Positions 10,616-20,569 are shown, counted from the stretch's first letter. The stretch is 64,000 nucleotides of DNA from Coraliomargarita sp. (GCA_965216325.1 OZ244160.1:1920001-1984000); one strand, 5' to 3'. The notes: generated by a model from the sequence alone, not told the origin. Numbers and translations are program-made.

Positions 10616-12265
10616 ATGAAGCCCTTTAATTATCTTTCCAATGCGGTGCGTGCGCCGGAGATCGTCGCTATTCTGGTGCGTTGGGGCTTTGAGGATTTAT
10701 TGTTGCAGTTGGATACACCGCAGTTCTTGCTGAAGAATTTGGTGCGTCGACGAGTGACGGACCTGACGCCTTATGAGCGGGTGCGCAATGCGGTCGAAGA
10801 GCTGGGGCCGATCTTTGTAAAGTTTGGTCAGATTCTTAGCACCCGCCCCGACCGTCTTCCGGAGCCTTTGGTGATGGAGCTCAAGAAGTTGCGCAGTCAG
10901 GTGGAGCCACAGGAGTATGCGGTGATTGAGCCTGTGCTCTTGAGGGAGCTTGGTGGGCCGATTGAGGATGTCTTCGAGTCATTCGGGAAGACCCCGTTTG
11001 CGGCGGGTTCGCTCGGGCAGGTTTATAAGGCGACGCTGCGGTCCTCGGGGGATGTTGTCGCGGTAAAAGTGCAGCGTGCCGAGATACATAAGACGGTCTC
11101 TGCTGATATGGAGATCATCGGTTGGTTTGCGCGGCAGTTGCATACCCGAGTGGAGGAACTGCGCCCGTATAACCTGCCTGCCTTGGTGAGTGAGGCAGAG
11201 AAGCGTTTACAGGAGGAGTTGGACTTTCGCAATGAGGCCGATAATGCCGAAATCTTTCGTGCGCTGAACCCTGACCAAGCGCGTGTATTTGCGCCCAAGG
11301 TTCATGCTGCCTACACGACGCGACGTCTGTTGGTGACTGAATGGATCGATGGGCGCTCTCCGGAGGATGCCGAGATTACCACTGAAGAAGGGCAGGAGCT
11401 GGCACTTTTGGGCGGTAAGTCGGTGTTTGATCAGATCGTCGGCTCGGGCTTTTTCCATTCCGATCCGCACACGGGCAATATGCTGATTACGCCCGACAAG
11501 CGCATTTGCTTATTGGACTGGGGACAGGCGGGACAGATTACTCAGGAGATGCGTTACCTGCTGGTGGACTTCTTTGCGGCGATTACTTCGCGTAGTCCTG
11601 AGAAAGTGATCCGTGTTGCCGAGCGAATGAGCGTGAGCAATCGTCGTATCGACCGACGCCGACTGGAGAAAGAAGTCGCATACTTACTGAACAAGTATCG
11701 TGAGTATGGGCCCGCAGGAACCAAGATGGGGACCGTTGGCTTGGAGATGTTGTTTGTGTTTGGGACGAATGGGATTTCGGTGCCGCCGGACTATGCCTTG
11801 CTTTCGAAGGCGGTGCTTTGTGTCGAAGAGGCTGCGCGCACCCTGGATCCACAATTTGATATTCAGAGCATGGCGCGACCCTATCTGGAGACCCTGAGTA
11901 AAGAGCGCTGGAGCCCGTCGAATGTGGCGCGTCAATCCTTGTATCCGGTGCTGTCCGTGCTCCACAATTTGCAACAAATTCCCGAGCAGTTGCAGCGCAT
12001 CTTGGAGCGTGTCGAGGATGAGGATATCCGGCTCAATATGCATCACGCCGGCACGGAGAACTTGGAGGAAACCTTCAACGCGTCGATGAATCGACTCACT
12101 GTTGGGATCATCATCGGCTCGCTGGTGATCGGCTCGTCTTTGATTATTACAACCGGTGTGACGCCTTTGTTATGGGGCTACCCGGCGATTGGTATTCTTG
12201 GTTTCCTGGTCTCCGGGATGCTCGGCATGTATATCGTGATCTCGACCTTGCGGAAGCACCGTTGA
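10616..12265 (+). CDS. ABC1/UbiB (AarF) family atypical kinase
   Basis: LGPIFVKFGQILSTRPD, AAGSLGQVYKA, VAVKVQR, EELDF..EA, FFHSDPHTGN, LLDWG; two C-terminal TM helices. Confidence 0.92.
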   Translation: MKPFNYLSNAVRAPEIVAILVRWGFEDLLLQLDTPQFLLKNLVRRRVTDLTPYERVRNAVEELGPIFVKFGQILSTRPDRLPEPLVMELKKLRSQVEPQEYAVIEPVLLRELGGPIEDVFESFGKTPFAAGSLGQVYKATLRSSGDVVAVKVQRAEIHKTVSADMEIIGWFARQLHTRVEELRPYNLPALVSEAEKRLQEELDFRNEADNAEIFRALNPDQARVFAPKVHAAYTTRRLLVTEWIDGRSPEDAEITTEEGQELALLGGKSVFDQIVGSGFFHSDPHTGNMLITPDKRICLLDWGQAGQITQEMRYLLVDFFAAITSRSPEKVIRVAERMSVSNRRIDRRRLEKEVAYLLNKYREYGPAGTKMGTVGLEMLFVFGTNGISVPPDYALLSKAVLCVEEAARTLDPQFDIQSMARPYLETLSKERWSPSNVARQSLYPVLSVLHNLQQIPEQLQRILERVEDEDIRLNMHHAGTENLEETFNASMNRLTVGIIIGSLVIGSSLIITTGVTPLLWGYPAIGILGFLVSGMLGMYIVISTLRKHR

Positions 12266-12317
12266 AGTTGTCGGTTGAGCGTTGTTTGTTGTTGGATGCG
12301 GCGTGTTCCACGAGCAA

Positions 12318-13511
12318 CTAGCAACGCTTCACGAACAACCCTAGACTCGCGGCGTAGCCGTGTAGCCGTGTTCTCCCGTCGACTTGGCCGAACTCGCCGT
12401 TACAAAAAACGCCTGCTATCGGGAGTTGCGGGAGTGCTGTCTGAATAATTTCAACATCGTGATTCGGAACGCCATAGAGCGAGGTGCCACGACCGATGCA
12501 ATCGCACAGGCAGGCGCCGAGTATCTCGCATTTGCCGATACGCTTACGCAGTTTCTGTAGCTGTTTAGCGAAGTCGGCTTCAGCGATTTGCGGATCACGA
12601 ATTTGAAATTGCAGATTCTGGCCGACGCGTAGTGGGGTTGCGATCGCCACAGCGCCGGTTTTGGGATCGATTGCGGCAAGATTACGAACCAGGAAGTCTC
12701 CCGTCCGAAATTTTGCTTTGTATTCATCCATGACAAGGCCAATGAAGACGTTACCATGGGCTTGCTGTTGCTCCCGTTGCGTCATTCCTTCAAGCGTGTC
12801 TCGCAGCACTTCTAGGATGGGGCGATTGCCGATCTCGTGTATGATGTTACGGTCGGCTTGGGTGATGACCCAAGGGTGCCCGATTGGGCGGCAGCCGTTG
12901 GAAATGATCGGCTCAAGTTCGACTTCACCTTCAAAGCCAAGCGCGACCGCACCATCCTTTGTGCTTTGGCCATTGTAGAACAGTGTGGTTTCGGGGGAGT
13001 CGACAGCCGCGCTCGCGAAACCGCCGAGGGTCACGCGCCCGCCGGTCGCGATATCCCAGTCCTTGAGCCAGTCTTCATGACCAATGCTCTCTGGAGAGGC
13101 GAATAGCAGCCATGAGTTCGCTGCATCACTCGTAGGACCAAGCGCCTTACGGATAGAGTCGCTACCATGATCCGCTTGAAAGCAACTGGAGGGAAGATGC
13201 CGTGCGTGAACCGTCGTTTCGGGCAGATGATAGAGCGCGACGCTCAGCCCGGAGTCATTTTCAATTTCGTTCTGGTTGGCGATTAGGGCACTACCCGTGC
13301 AGCCGATCACGTTGGCGACTTGTCCGTCGATACGGACAATTTCCATGAGCGCTTGCATGGCGTCGACACATTCGACTGAGCAAAAGACCAACGCGAATGT
13401 CGCTGGGCCGCAGAGGCATTGCCTTTGCTCACGAGCCCATTGCTGGACCTCGTTTTCGTTGATTGGAGTAGAGAAGTGAGTGACGACGCAGTGCTTGCTA
13501 GGTTCTGGCAT
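12318..13511 (-). CDS. FIST N/C signal-transduction domain protein
   Basis: VIGCTG, GGFAS, S.GCRPIG, I.EI..RP, FLVRNL, C.C.GRG..L.G, G.FCNGEFG...LHGY. Confidence 0.88.
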   Translation of the reverse strand: MPEPSKHCVVTHFSTPINENEVQQWAREQRQCLCGPATFALVFCSVECVDAMQALMEIVRIDGQVANVIGCTGSALIANQNEIENDSGLSVALYHLPETTVHARHLPSSCFQADHGSDSIRKALGPTSDAANSWLLFASPESIGHEDWLKDWDIATGGRVTLGGFASAAVDSPETTLFYNGQSTKDGAVALGFEGEVELEPIISNGCRPIGHPWVITQADRNIIHEIGNRPILEVLRDTLEGMTQREQQQAHGNVFIGLVMDEYKAKFRTGDFLVRNLAAIDPKTGAVAIATPLRVGQNLQFQIRDPQIAEADFAKQLQKLRKRIGKCEILGACLCDCIGRGTSLYGVPNHDVEIIQTALPQLPIAGVFCNGEFGQVDGRTRLHGYAASLGLFVKRC

Positions 13512-13587
13512 GTAGAAAAGGAAGTCGGATAAGTAGTTGATCCATTAATACACATCATCAGACTAAAAGTGAACGCTAAATTGAGAT

Positions 13588-14742
13588 ATGGATTCGGATT
13601 TAGGAGACAGCGCATTTGCACAAGACGGCTTGGATGCGCCACAGTGCTTAAAGGCTGCATTTATGCTCCTTGAGGAGGGGCATTGGGTTTGGGACTTTGA
13701 GCAGCACCTGTATCTGGACGCCAAATGTTGCCGTATGCTCGGCTTGGATGAGGGCTATCGGACTTGGAGTCTCGCGGACTTCCTCGTCTGTTTACATGAG
13801 CAGCATCATGAGTGGTTATTGGATGCATTCGATGCAGTGTTGGCTGACAACAAAGAACTGCATACCGAGCTGAACTTGGAAAATGGCCAGGGGAAGCTGG
13901 AGTTGCGTGGCGCACTGTGTGAACTTTCCGGGCGGCGTAAGGTGATTGCCGGGACGATGGTGCCGATCACAGCGGTTCCACAGCAGGAGCACGACCGACA
14001 GCAGGAACTCGAGGCGTCGCTTGAGCAGCTGCGCGAGTCCAATTCCGAGTTACAGAGTTTTGCGTCGGTGGCATCGCATGATTTACGTGAGCCCTTGCGA
14101 ATGATTAGTAGCTATTTGCGTCTGTTGCAGGAACGGTCACTTGAAGCACTCGATGCGCGTGCGCAGCGTTATATCAATTACGCCTGTGAGGGTGCTGATC
14201 GCATGCGGACAACGATTGAGGACCTGCTTTCATACGCGCGCCTCGGTAATCAGCAAGCGGAGCTGGAGCCATTCAGCCTCGACCAGATTTTTGAGGAGGT
14301 GGTCGAGAATCTGGGGGCCAGCATTCGCAGTCTAGATGCAAACGTGACGGTTGATATCGACCATTCGCCGGTGATCTTGGGAGAGCGGCCTCGCTTAGTG
14401 CGGCTCTTTCAGAATCTAGTCGCGAATGCGATGAAGTTCCACAAAGACGACTCTGAGCGCCGCGTCGCGATTCGTTTTGAATCGGGAGTGCGGCATAATC
14501 TGGCGAACTATTGGGTCGTTCAGATCGAGGACAATGGGATCGGCATCGACCCGGATCATGTCGACTTGCTGTTCAATGTCTTTCAGCGCCTGAACACACG
14601 CGACGAATTCGATGGCTCTGGCATTGGCTTGGCAGTGTGTAAAAAGATTGCAGAGCAGCACGATGGTCGGATTTGGCTGATTTCAGAGCCTGGGGTCGGC
14701 AGCATTTTCTATGTTGCTTTGAAAAAAGCAGACGATCTGTAA
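13588..14742 (+). CDS. Sensor histidine kinase (PAS-like, HisKA, HATPase)
   Basis: H-box FASVASHDLREPLR, N-box LFQNLVANAMKF, G1 IEDNGIGI, G2 GSGIGLAVC. Confidence 0.93.
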   Translation: MDSDLGDSAFAQDGLDAPQCLKAAFMLLEEGHWVWDFEQHLYLDAKCCRMLGLDEGYRTWSLADFLVCLHEQHHEWLLDAFDAVLADNKELHTELNLENGQGKLELRGALCELSGRRKVIAGTMVPITAVPQQEHDRQQELEASLEQLRESNSELQSFASVASHDLREPLRMISSYLRLLQERSLEALDARAQRYINYACEGADRMRTTIEDLLSYARLGNQQAELEPFSLDQIFEEVVENLGASIRSLDANVTVDIDHSPVILGERPRLVRLFQNLVANAMKFHKDDSERRVAIRFESGVRHNLANYWVVQIEDNGIGIDPDHVDLLFNVFQRLNTRDEFDGSGIGLAVCKKIAEQHDGRIWLISEPGVGSIFYVALKKADDL

Positions 14743-14885
14743 AGCGTAGGATACAAAGCTGAGCCTTCGGCAGTTCATGGATTCTCCGCCGAGAGGCGTC
14801 GATTTGACAACCGATGCGATGGCTCCTTGCTTTTCTAGATTGATTTGTGCGGCTGAATTGCGCTTTGTAAGTGTTTAACCCTGCC

Positions 14886-17165
14886 ATGCCTGACACGCCA
14901 AAAGAGTATCTAGATATCTTGTTGTTTGAGGACAATGCTGCCGATGCGGACCTCGTGGGCGAGTATCTTGAGCTGTCGAAATTGAACTGTGATTTAGTGC
15001 AGGTTAAACGACTGGCTGAGGGCCTGCAGCTACTGAAGAAAACTTCGTTTGATGTGGTCCTGTTGGATTTGTCTTTGCCGGATAGCCGTGGGATTGAGAC
15101 CTTGGAAAAGGTCGCCGAACTCATCGATGATGAGGTGATCATCGTGCTCACGGGTGCGGATGATGAACAGTTGTCGCTGGATACACTTAAGCGGGGTGCT
15201 CAGGACTATCTTTTTAAGGATAAGTTGAGTGGTGAAGTTTTAGGTCGGTCGATTCGTTATTCTTTGGAACGAACTGCAATGATTAACCGTATTGAGGCGC
15301 ATAATCGGGAGACGAAACACCGTGAAGCGTTGTTGCAGCGGGTCTTTGATGCGAATATTGATGCGATGCTCATCCTTACCGATGCCTGCGAGATCAAGTT
15401 TTTGAATCCTGCTGCGGGCAATTTGCTGGATGCGGATCCTGCGACCTTAGTGGGGGAAATTTTCCCGTTTAGTGTCGAGTCCGGGCAGCAAGCTGAGTTG
15501 GAAATCCCGGGACCAGAGGACACAAACCGTTTAGTGGAGCTGCATGCAGTGGATCTTGTCTGGAAAGGGGAGAGTTCAATGCTGGTAGTGCTGCGAGACA
15601 TTACCGAATACCGGGCTGCGCAGCAGGCACTGAAGTTAGAAAAAGTTCACCTAGATGTTATCTTCGACTCTATCGCAGACGCGGTGATCGTTAGTAACAG
15701 CAGCGGCTTAGTCGAACGTATCAACCCGGAGGCGGAGCGCATTATAGGGATGCGCAACGGTGAGGCATCTGGTAAGCCGCTCAATGAGGTTCTGCAGTTG
15801 AAGCATCCCGAAGGCGGCAAGCTGATTGAAGATCCATCCAAAGTGTTTTTGAGCGTCAAGTCCACTCGACCTGCGGATGAGTGGGACTGTCCGTTGCTCA
15901 GCCACGATGGGCGTGAAATCTTGGTCAATGTGCAGATGCGCCGAATTGAGGAGGCTGCGCCCCAGGGGCATGTCATTGTTTTCCGCGATATCACACAGCA
16001 TAAAGAACGGGAAGAAGGGCTTTATCGTGCTGAGAAGATGCAGTCGATCAGCCAGTTGGCTGGAGGAATTGCGCACGATTTTAATAACATGTTAACCGCG
16101 GTGTTGGGTAACATCTCTGTTGCCCGAATGGGGCTAGGAGAAGGCCATGCGGAAGCCGAGAAGCTTTTATCTGCCGAGAAAGCGGCCTTGCAGGCACGCA
16201 GTTTGACCCAGCAATTACTGACCTTTTCCAAGGGGGGTGAGCCAATCACGGAGGCGACTACGATTGATCGATTGGTTGAAGATTGTGCGCAGTTTCTCCT
16301 GCGTGGCTCTAAGGTGAAGTGTGAGCTTCACAAGGATGATCCCTTGCATGCAGTTGAGGTGGATCGAGGGCAAATCGCTCAAGTCGTGAACAACCTCATT
16401 ATCAACGCCAATCAGGCGATGCCGGAGGGGGGCGTATTGACTGTTTCTTTAAGAAATGTGCGGGTGGCAGCCAACGAACTTCCACCGCTGCATGCCGGAC
16501 GCTATGTTTGTATTTCAGTAAAAGATCAGGGCGTCGGGATCGATCCGCAGCATATTAGTCGTATATTTGATCCATACTTCACAACGAAGGAAGAGGGCAA
16601 CGGCTTAGGCTTGGCATCTTGTTTTAGTATTGTTCGCAATCATCAGGGGCTGATCACTGTCGACTCAACTCTGGGTGAGGGAGCCGAGTTCCGCGTTTAT
16701 CTTCCTGAGGCAGAAGCCGTCGCCGATTCGGAGCTAGTTGAGCCGGCTGAAGAGAAGGCCGAGGAATCTCGAGACCAGATACATCACGGCAGCGGCCGTA
16801 TTCTAGTCATGGATGATATGGAAGCGATGATGATGGTTGCCGGCGAGATTTTGGGTATGCTTGGTTATGACGTGACGCTTACCTCGGACGGAGAAGAAGC
16901 AATCGAAGTCTATAAGGAGGCCAAAGAGTCCGGGAATCCGTTTTTGGCCTGTGTGTTTGACCTGACGGTTCCAGGAGGAATGGGCGGCGAGGAGGCCTGT
17001 CAGATTCTCCGTGAGTATGATCCCAGCATGATCGTGATCGCATCGAGTGGTTACACGACATCAAACGCGATGTCGGACTTTAAGTCTGCTGGTTTCAATG
17101 CGGTGGTTCCCAAGCCGTATCGTATCAAGGAAATGAGCGCAGCGCTGCACGAGCTCTTGAGCTAA
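14886..17165 (+). CDS. Hybrid histidine kinase REC-PAS-PAS-HisKA-HATPase-REC
   Basis: N-terminal REC (LLFEDN, LLDLSLPD, GAQDYL), AGGIAHDFNN, NLIINA, G.GLGLA, C-terminal REC (LVMDD, FDLTVPGG, KPY). Confidence 0.93.
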   Translation: MPDTPKEYLDILLFEDNAADADLVGEYLELSKLNCDLVQVKRLAEGLQLLKKTSFDVVLLDLSLPDSRGIETLEKVAELIDDEVIIVLTGADDEQLSLDTLKRGAQDYLFKDKLSGEVLGRSIRYSLERTAMINRIEAHNRETKHREALLQRVFDANIDAMLILTDACEIKFLNPAAGNLLDADPATLVGEIFPFSVESGQQAELEIPGPEDTNRLVELHAVDLVWKGESSMLVVLRDITEYRAAQQALKLEKVHLDVIFDSIADAVIVSNSSGLVERINPEAERIIGMRNGEASGKPLNEVLQLKHPEGGKLIEDPSKVFLSVKSTRPADEWDCPLLSHDGREILVNVQMRRIEEAAPQGHVIVFRDITQHKEREEGLYRAEKMQSISQLAGGIAHDFNNMLTAVLGNISVARMGLGEGHAEAEKLLSAEKAALQARSLTQQLLTFSKGGEPITEATTIDRLVEDCAQFLLRGSKVKCELHKDDPLHAVEVDRGQIAQVVNNLIINANQAMPEGGVLTVSLRNVRVAANELPPLHAGRYVCISVKDQGVGIDPQHISRIFDPYFTTKEEGNGLGLASCFSIVRNHQGLITVDSTLGEGAEFRVYLPEAEAVADSELVEPAEEKAEESRDQIHHGSGRILVMDDMEAMMMVAGEILGMLGYDVTLTSDGEEAIEVYKEAKESGNPFLACVFDLTVPGGMGGEEACQILREYDPSMIVIASSGYTTSNAMSDFKSAGFNAVVPKPYRIKEMSAALHELLS

Positions 17166-17176
17166 CGGGGTGGGCT

Positions 17177-18145
17177 CTATTTCAACCAGTGCTTCCAGTC
17201 CTTCTGGTAGTCGTCGACGTTGCGCCAATCGATTATTTTTGCAGGAGCTGTTATTGTCGAGGCTTCGGGGTCGGACTCCTTGTATAGTTTGTTGACCATT
17301 AATTCGACTCCGGTTTTGCCCCAATCGTAATGAGGATGCACGACGAAGGCGTCGATGTATTCCTGTTTTAAATACAGTATTACCGATGGTGAGGTTTGCA
17401 CTGCTACACAGGGCAGTTCGCCAGGCTTCCAGGGGAGTGCTGATGTCCCACGTAAGGCCCAGTCATTGAGTAGAATCCAGCCTTTGATGAGGCGACTGCG
17501 GTCGGCTTCTTCGGTCTGGCGGATTGCTTCGTTGGCTGCCGCATAGTTGGGTTGGCTGCGCACGATCGTTTCAATACGCTTATAACCGAGCACTTCACGC
17601 ACGCCGGCGAGACGCTCCAGCTCTGCGGGAGAGGGGGGGGCGCTGATTAGAATGGCCACACGCCCACGTGTGGGGAGTTTGGGCAGAATGGCTTGGGCCG
17701 CCAGTTTCCCGACTTCGGCCTCATCGGCCACCATGCTGGCAAGTACGGGGAGTTCCTCGATGCTTTGCTCAAACAGAACCACTTCTTGGCCTTGTTCTAA
17801 GGCAAAGCTGATGGAGGAGCTGACATCATCGACATGTTTTGGGCTGATTAGAAAGCCGTCGGCTTCTTCGGTAAGCAGTTGCCCCAATGCGGTGAGTTGG
17901 TCTTCGCCCTCGGCTTGCTTGGGAGTGAGCACGACGACTTCGACATCGATGGAGTATTGCTCACTTAGAGCCTTGGCCGCATCTTCGGCGCCGGAGTGAG
18001 CGGCTTGATAGGTCGGGTCTTCCAGATCGTGGCCGACGATGCCGATTTTAAATTCTGCAAGCACCTCGCGGTTTTGTGCCACGAGTAGATTTCCAATGCA
18101 CAGCGCGATGAGCCCGAGTCTGAGGTGTTGCGAGAGTTTGATCAT
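17177..18145 (-). CDS. Periplasmic sugar-binding-fold (type 1 PBP) protein
   Basis: Signal peptide, then the RbsB-like pattern IGIV...GAEDAAK, ADG..ISP, G..AA, ERLAG; ATG at 18145 preferred over the REP-derived extension. Confidence 0.7.
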   Translation of the reverse strand: MIKLSQHLRLGLIALCIGNLLVAQNREVLAEFKIGIVGHDLEDPTYQAAHSGAEDAAKALSEQYSIDVEVVVLTPKQAEGEDQLTALGQLLTEEADGFLISPKHVDDVSSSISFALEQGQEVVLFEQSIEELPVLASMVADEAEVGKLAAQAILPKLPTRGRVAILISAPPSPAELERLAGVREVLGYKRIETIVRSQPNYAAANEAIRQTEEADRSRLIKGWILLNDWALRGTSALPWKPGELPCVAVQTSPSVILYLKQEYIDAFVVHPHYDWGKTGVELMVNKLYKESDPEASTITAPAKIIDWRNVDDYQKDWKHWLK

Positions 18146-18206
18146 GAACTTGAGAATGTAGCCTGTTTCTCTGACCACTGGCAACAGCGCTTTGTTCAAT
18201 TGAAAA

Positions 18207-18293
18207 GGTTGGGGTCCCGGCTTTAGCCGGTTCTGTAGCACAGGCATCTTGCCTGTGTAAATTCAGGTCATGGTAGAACAGGCGGGACCCCAA
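18207..18293. repeat. Composite REP-like cluster (GGTTGGGGTCCCG family enclosing a GTAG palindrome)
   Basis: GGTTGGGGTCCCGGCTTTAGCCGG; GTAGCACAGGCATCTTGCCTGTG; GGCGGGACCCCAA. Confidence 0.65.
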
Positions 18294-18297
18294 TGAA

Positions 18298-19377
18298 TTA
18301 CCAAGCCGTTTGCCAGCCAAGCGTGACGACGTAGTCGGTCTCAAGCTGGTAGCCGTTTAGATCCTGCCAGAGTGGCAGGCGGACATCGAGCGCTAGGCGG
18401 TGGCCTTTAACCATGCCAGAGTTCCCGAGTAGGTTGACGCCAAGGATCGCATCCACGCGCTCGCCGCCATAGTTGTCGCCGAATGCGGTGGTGACCGATT
18501 GGCGGCCACCCGGAGCCATGGTGCCGATGCCATCTTGCTCGCCATCCAGTTCATCGGACCACTCGTAGCTCAGGCCACCGTTGATCGCGATCCAGTCGGT
18601 GAGGTTATACGCAGCCCAGCCAACGACTTCGAAGGCATCGCCGAGTTGGTAGCCATTGTCGTTCTCACTTTCGAGGCGGATGGTCGCATTGGCTTGTGCA
18701 CCATAGGACCAGTCGTCGAAGAGCTCGACCCAGGTGATCGATGGAAGCAGGTCGAAGGTGCCGGAGCCGAGTTGCATCGGGGCAGGGAGCTGCTGGCGTT
18801 GGCGACCACTCATGGCGGGTGTTTCGTCTTGTTTATCGATGGAACCGGTTGGCACGCTGATGCCGAGTCCGACGTGTGCACGCTGGCGTTCCTTTTGATA
18901 GAACTGATACAGCCCAGTGAACTTCAGGTCGCCCCAGCCGCTGCTCTCGGTAGTGAAGCCGTCTTCGCCGTTGTTGATCATTGCTGCGACTGCTGGATTC
19001 ACAGCGTGGTCCATTTCAATGTCGAGATAGTTGGCCATGACCATGAAGGTGAAGCGATCGGTCGGTGCGAACATCAGACCGAACATATGCATGTCCATAG
19101 TCATCTCTTCGGGTGCGACGGCGTAGTTCGCATCGAAGATATCTTGAGTGGATTCGCTGCTGGTACCGTTGGCCATGCCATCCATCTCCATACGCATGAA
19201 GCGGTAGGAGAGCATCCAACCACCTTCATGGTGTGTGTGATCCCCCATGATGGAGATCGGCGCGTATGCATCCGGGCGTGGTCGGTCAGTGCCGGATGGG
19301 CAGCAGGATAAGACCGGTTCGGCCTGTGTTGCGGAGAGTCCCGCAATGAGTAGTGTTGTGGTGTAAAGTGATTTCAT
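18298..19377 (-). CDS. Outer-membrane beta-barrel ('transporter'/MetA-pathway-like) with Met/His-rich motifs
   Basis: Signal peptide; APISIMGDHTH..GGWMLSYRFMRMEM, MTMDMHM, GWGD, G.SVPTG, MQLGSGT.D; C-terminal aromatic (WQTAW). Confidence 0.75.
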   Translation of the reverse strand: MKSLYTTTLLIAGLSATQAEPVLSCCPSGTDRPRPDAYAPISIMGDHTHHEGGWMLSYRFMRMEMDGMANGTSSESTQDIFDANYAVAPEEMTMDMHMFGLMFAPTDRFTFMVMANYLDIEMDHAVNPAVAAMINNGEDGFTTESSGWGDLKFTGLYQFYQKERQRAHVGLGISVPTGSIDKQDETPAMSGRQRQQLPAPMQLGSGTFDLLPSITWVELFDDWSYGAQANATIRLESENDNGYQLGDAFEVVGWAAYNLTDWIAINGGLSYEWSDELDGEQDGIGTMAPGGRQSVTTAFGDNYGGERVDAILGVNLLGNSGMVKGHRLALDVRLPLWQDLNGYQLETDYVVTLGWQTAW

Positions 19378-19386
19378 TGTTGAAAA

Positions 19387-19560
19387 GGAGTTAGGAGACA
19401 GAAGCCAGGAGGTAGAATCGTATCTGACGCGACTTCTGATTTACTGATGCTCAAGCACCAAATTTTTAGGCATGACCTGACATGCCATGGCGAATGCGAA
19501 GCGAAACCTAGGGCCTGAAACAGATACTTCTGACTTCTGGCTACTGTATTCTGACTTCTG
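19387..19560. repeat. Inverted heptamer-repeat arms (19387-19417 / 19527-19560)
   Basis: ggagttaggagacagaagccaggaggtagaa versus cttctgacttctggctactgtattctgacttctg. Confidence 0.65.
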
Positions 19561-19568
19561 AAAACGAC

Positions 19569-19973
19569 CTACACCAAGCGCGGTGGTGGCGTTGGCACGC
19601 CTGTCGCGACACTTTCGAATGAGTGGACCACTAACGGGTGCTTTGCCTGCGCCGTATACGGGTGGGGAACCTGAACCGGTTGTTCCAGCCCGAGCATGAG
19701 CTTCAAATCCTTGTCGGATGCTGAGGCATTCGCCGGCTGTTGCTCGCGTTCGGTCTCTTCCACTTCGATGATGAGCTTACACATCCCGCAAGGACGTTCA
19801 CCACTAAAGGTTTCCTCAACTGCTTGGCTGAATGAGTTTTCTTGCGAGTAGCTCGCTAGCATCCAGCCCCATGCGCCAATCTGTAGAACGGCCAGAGGGC
19901 CAGTCAGTAAGACCGCACAAAGGGGGAGTAGCAGTAGTTTCGTTAGCAGGCGATGTTGCATCGAGGAGGGCAC
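19569..19973 (-). CDS. Small membrane protein with CxxC and C-terminal PTPPPR (DUF2946-like leader)
   Basis: N-terminal hydrophobic segment, TFSGERPCGMCK, ends GVPTPPPRLV; directly upstream of the Met/His-rich barrel. Confidence 0.65.
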   Translation of the reverse strand: MPSSMQHRLLTKLLLLPLCAVLLTGPLAVLQIGAWGWMLASYSQENSFSQAVEETFSGERPCGMCKLIIEVEETEREQQPANASASDKDLKLMLGLEQPVQVPHPYTAQAKHPLVVHSFESVATGVPTPPPRLV

Positions 19974-20003
19974 AGTGCAGGTGCAGATCTCCTTGCTGTC
20001 GAA

Positions 20004-20495
20004 TTAAATCGAGTGTTGGAGCTCCGTGAATTCGCTGTGGCGGAGTATGCGCTGGTTGGCGGAGCCGCGGAATTTCAGGCTTGGGTCGGCCTTGGCTTGG
20101 ATGAAGCGGCCATCAATCAACACATCCACATAGTCGAGGACTGCGCGCTGTGCGTCCGTGAGATTTTCAAAGGTGTAGCCCGTCCAGAGCCAGATGTCTT
20201 TGTCAGGGCACTCGCGTTTCACGCGCTGAACCAAGTTTAAGACCTCACTGCAGTTTGGATGGAAAAGTGGATCGCCACCACTCAGTGACAATCCGCGTCT
20301 CGGTATATTTGTGTCCTTTAGGTTGGCTATGATGTGGTCGGCTAAGGTATCGGTAAACAGGTGACCGGAGTCTGCACGCCAGGTGCTGGTGTTATAGCAA
20401 CCGGGGCAGTGATGCTCACAACCGGAAACGAAGAGCGTGCAACGGGTTCCAGGGCCATTGATGACGTCGATGTCGATGTAGCGATGATATCTCAT
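20004..20495 (-). CDS. nrdG: Anaerobic ribonucleotide reductase activase (radical SAM)
   Basis: D..NGPGTRCTLFVSGCEHHCPGCYN, GLSLSGGDPL, DVLIDGRF, FRGS.NQ. Confidence 0.97.
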   Translation of the reverse strand: MRYHRYIDIDVINGPGTRCTLFVSGCEHHCPGCYNTSTWRADSGHLFTDTLADHIIANLKDTNIPRRGLSLSGGDPLFHPNCSEVLNLVQRVKRECPDKDIWLWTGYTFENLTDAQRAVLDYVDVLIDGRFIQAKADPSLKFRGSANQRILRHSEFTELQHSI

Positions 20496-20498
20496 ACT

Positions 20499-20566
20499 CA
20501 GATGACAGAAGTCAGAAAACAGAGGTCAAAGAAGACTGGCTTCTGACCTCCGGTCTCTGGCCTCTG
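20499..20566. repeat. Empty inverted heptamer-repeat hairpin filling the nrdD-nrdG junction
   Basis: cagatga cagaagt cagaaaa cagaggt versus ctggctt ctgacct ccggtct ctggcct ctg. Confidence 0.75.
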
Positions 20567-20569
20567 AAC

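Noticed and set aside
18499..19311. 270-aa plus-strand ORF
   Set aside because: Antisense to the barrel gene; a likely codon-bias artefact.
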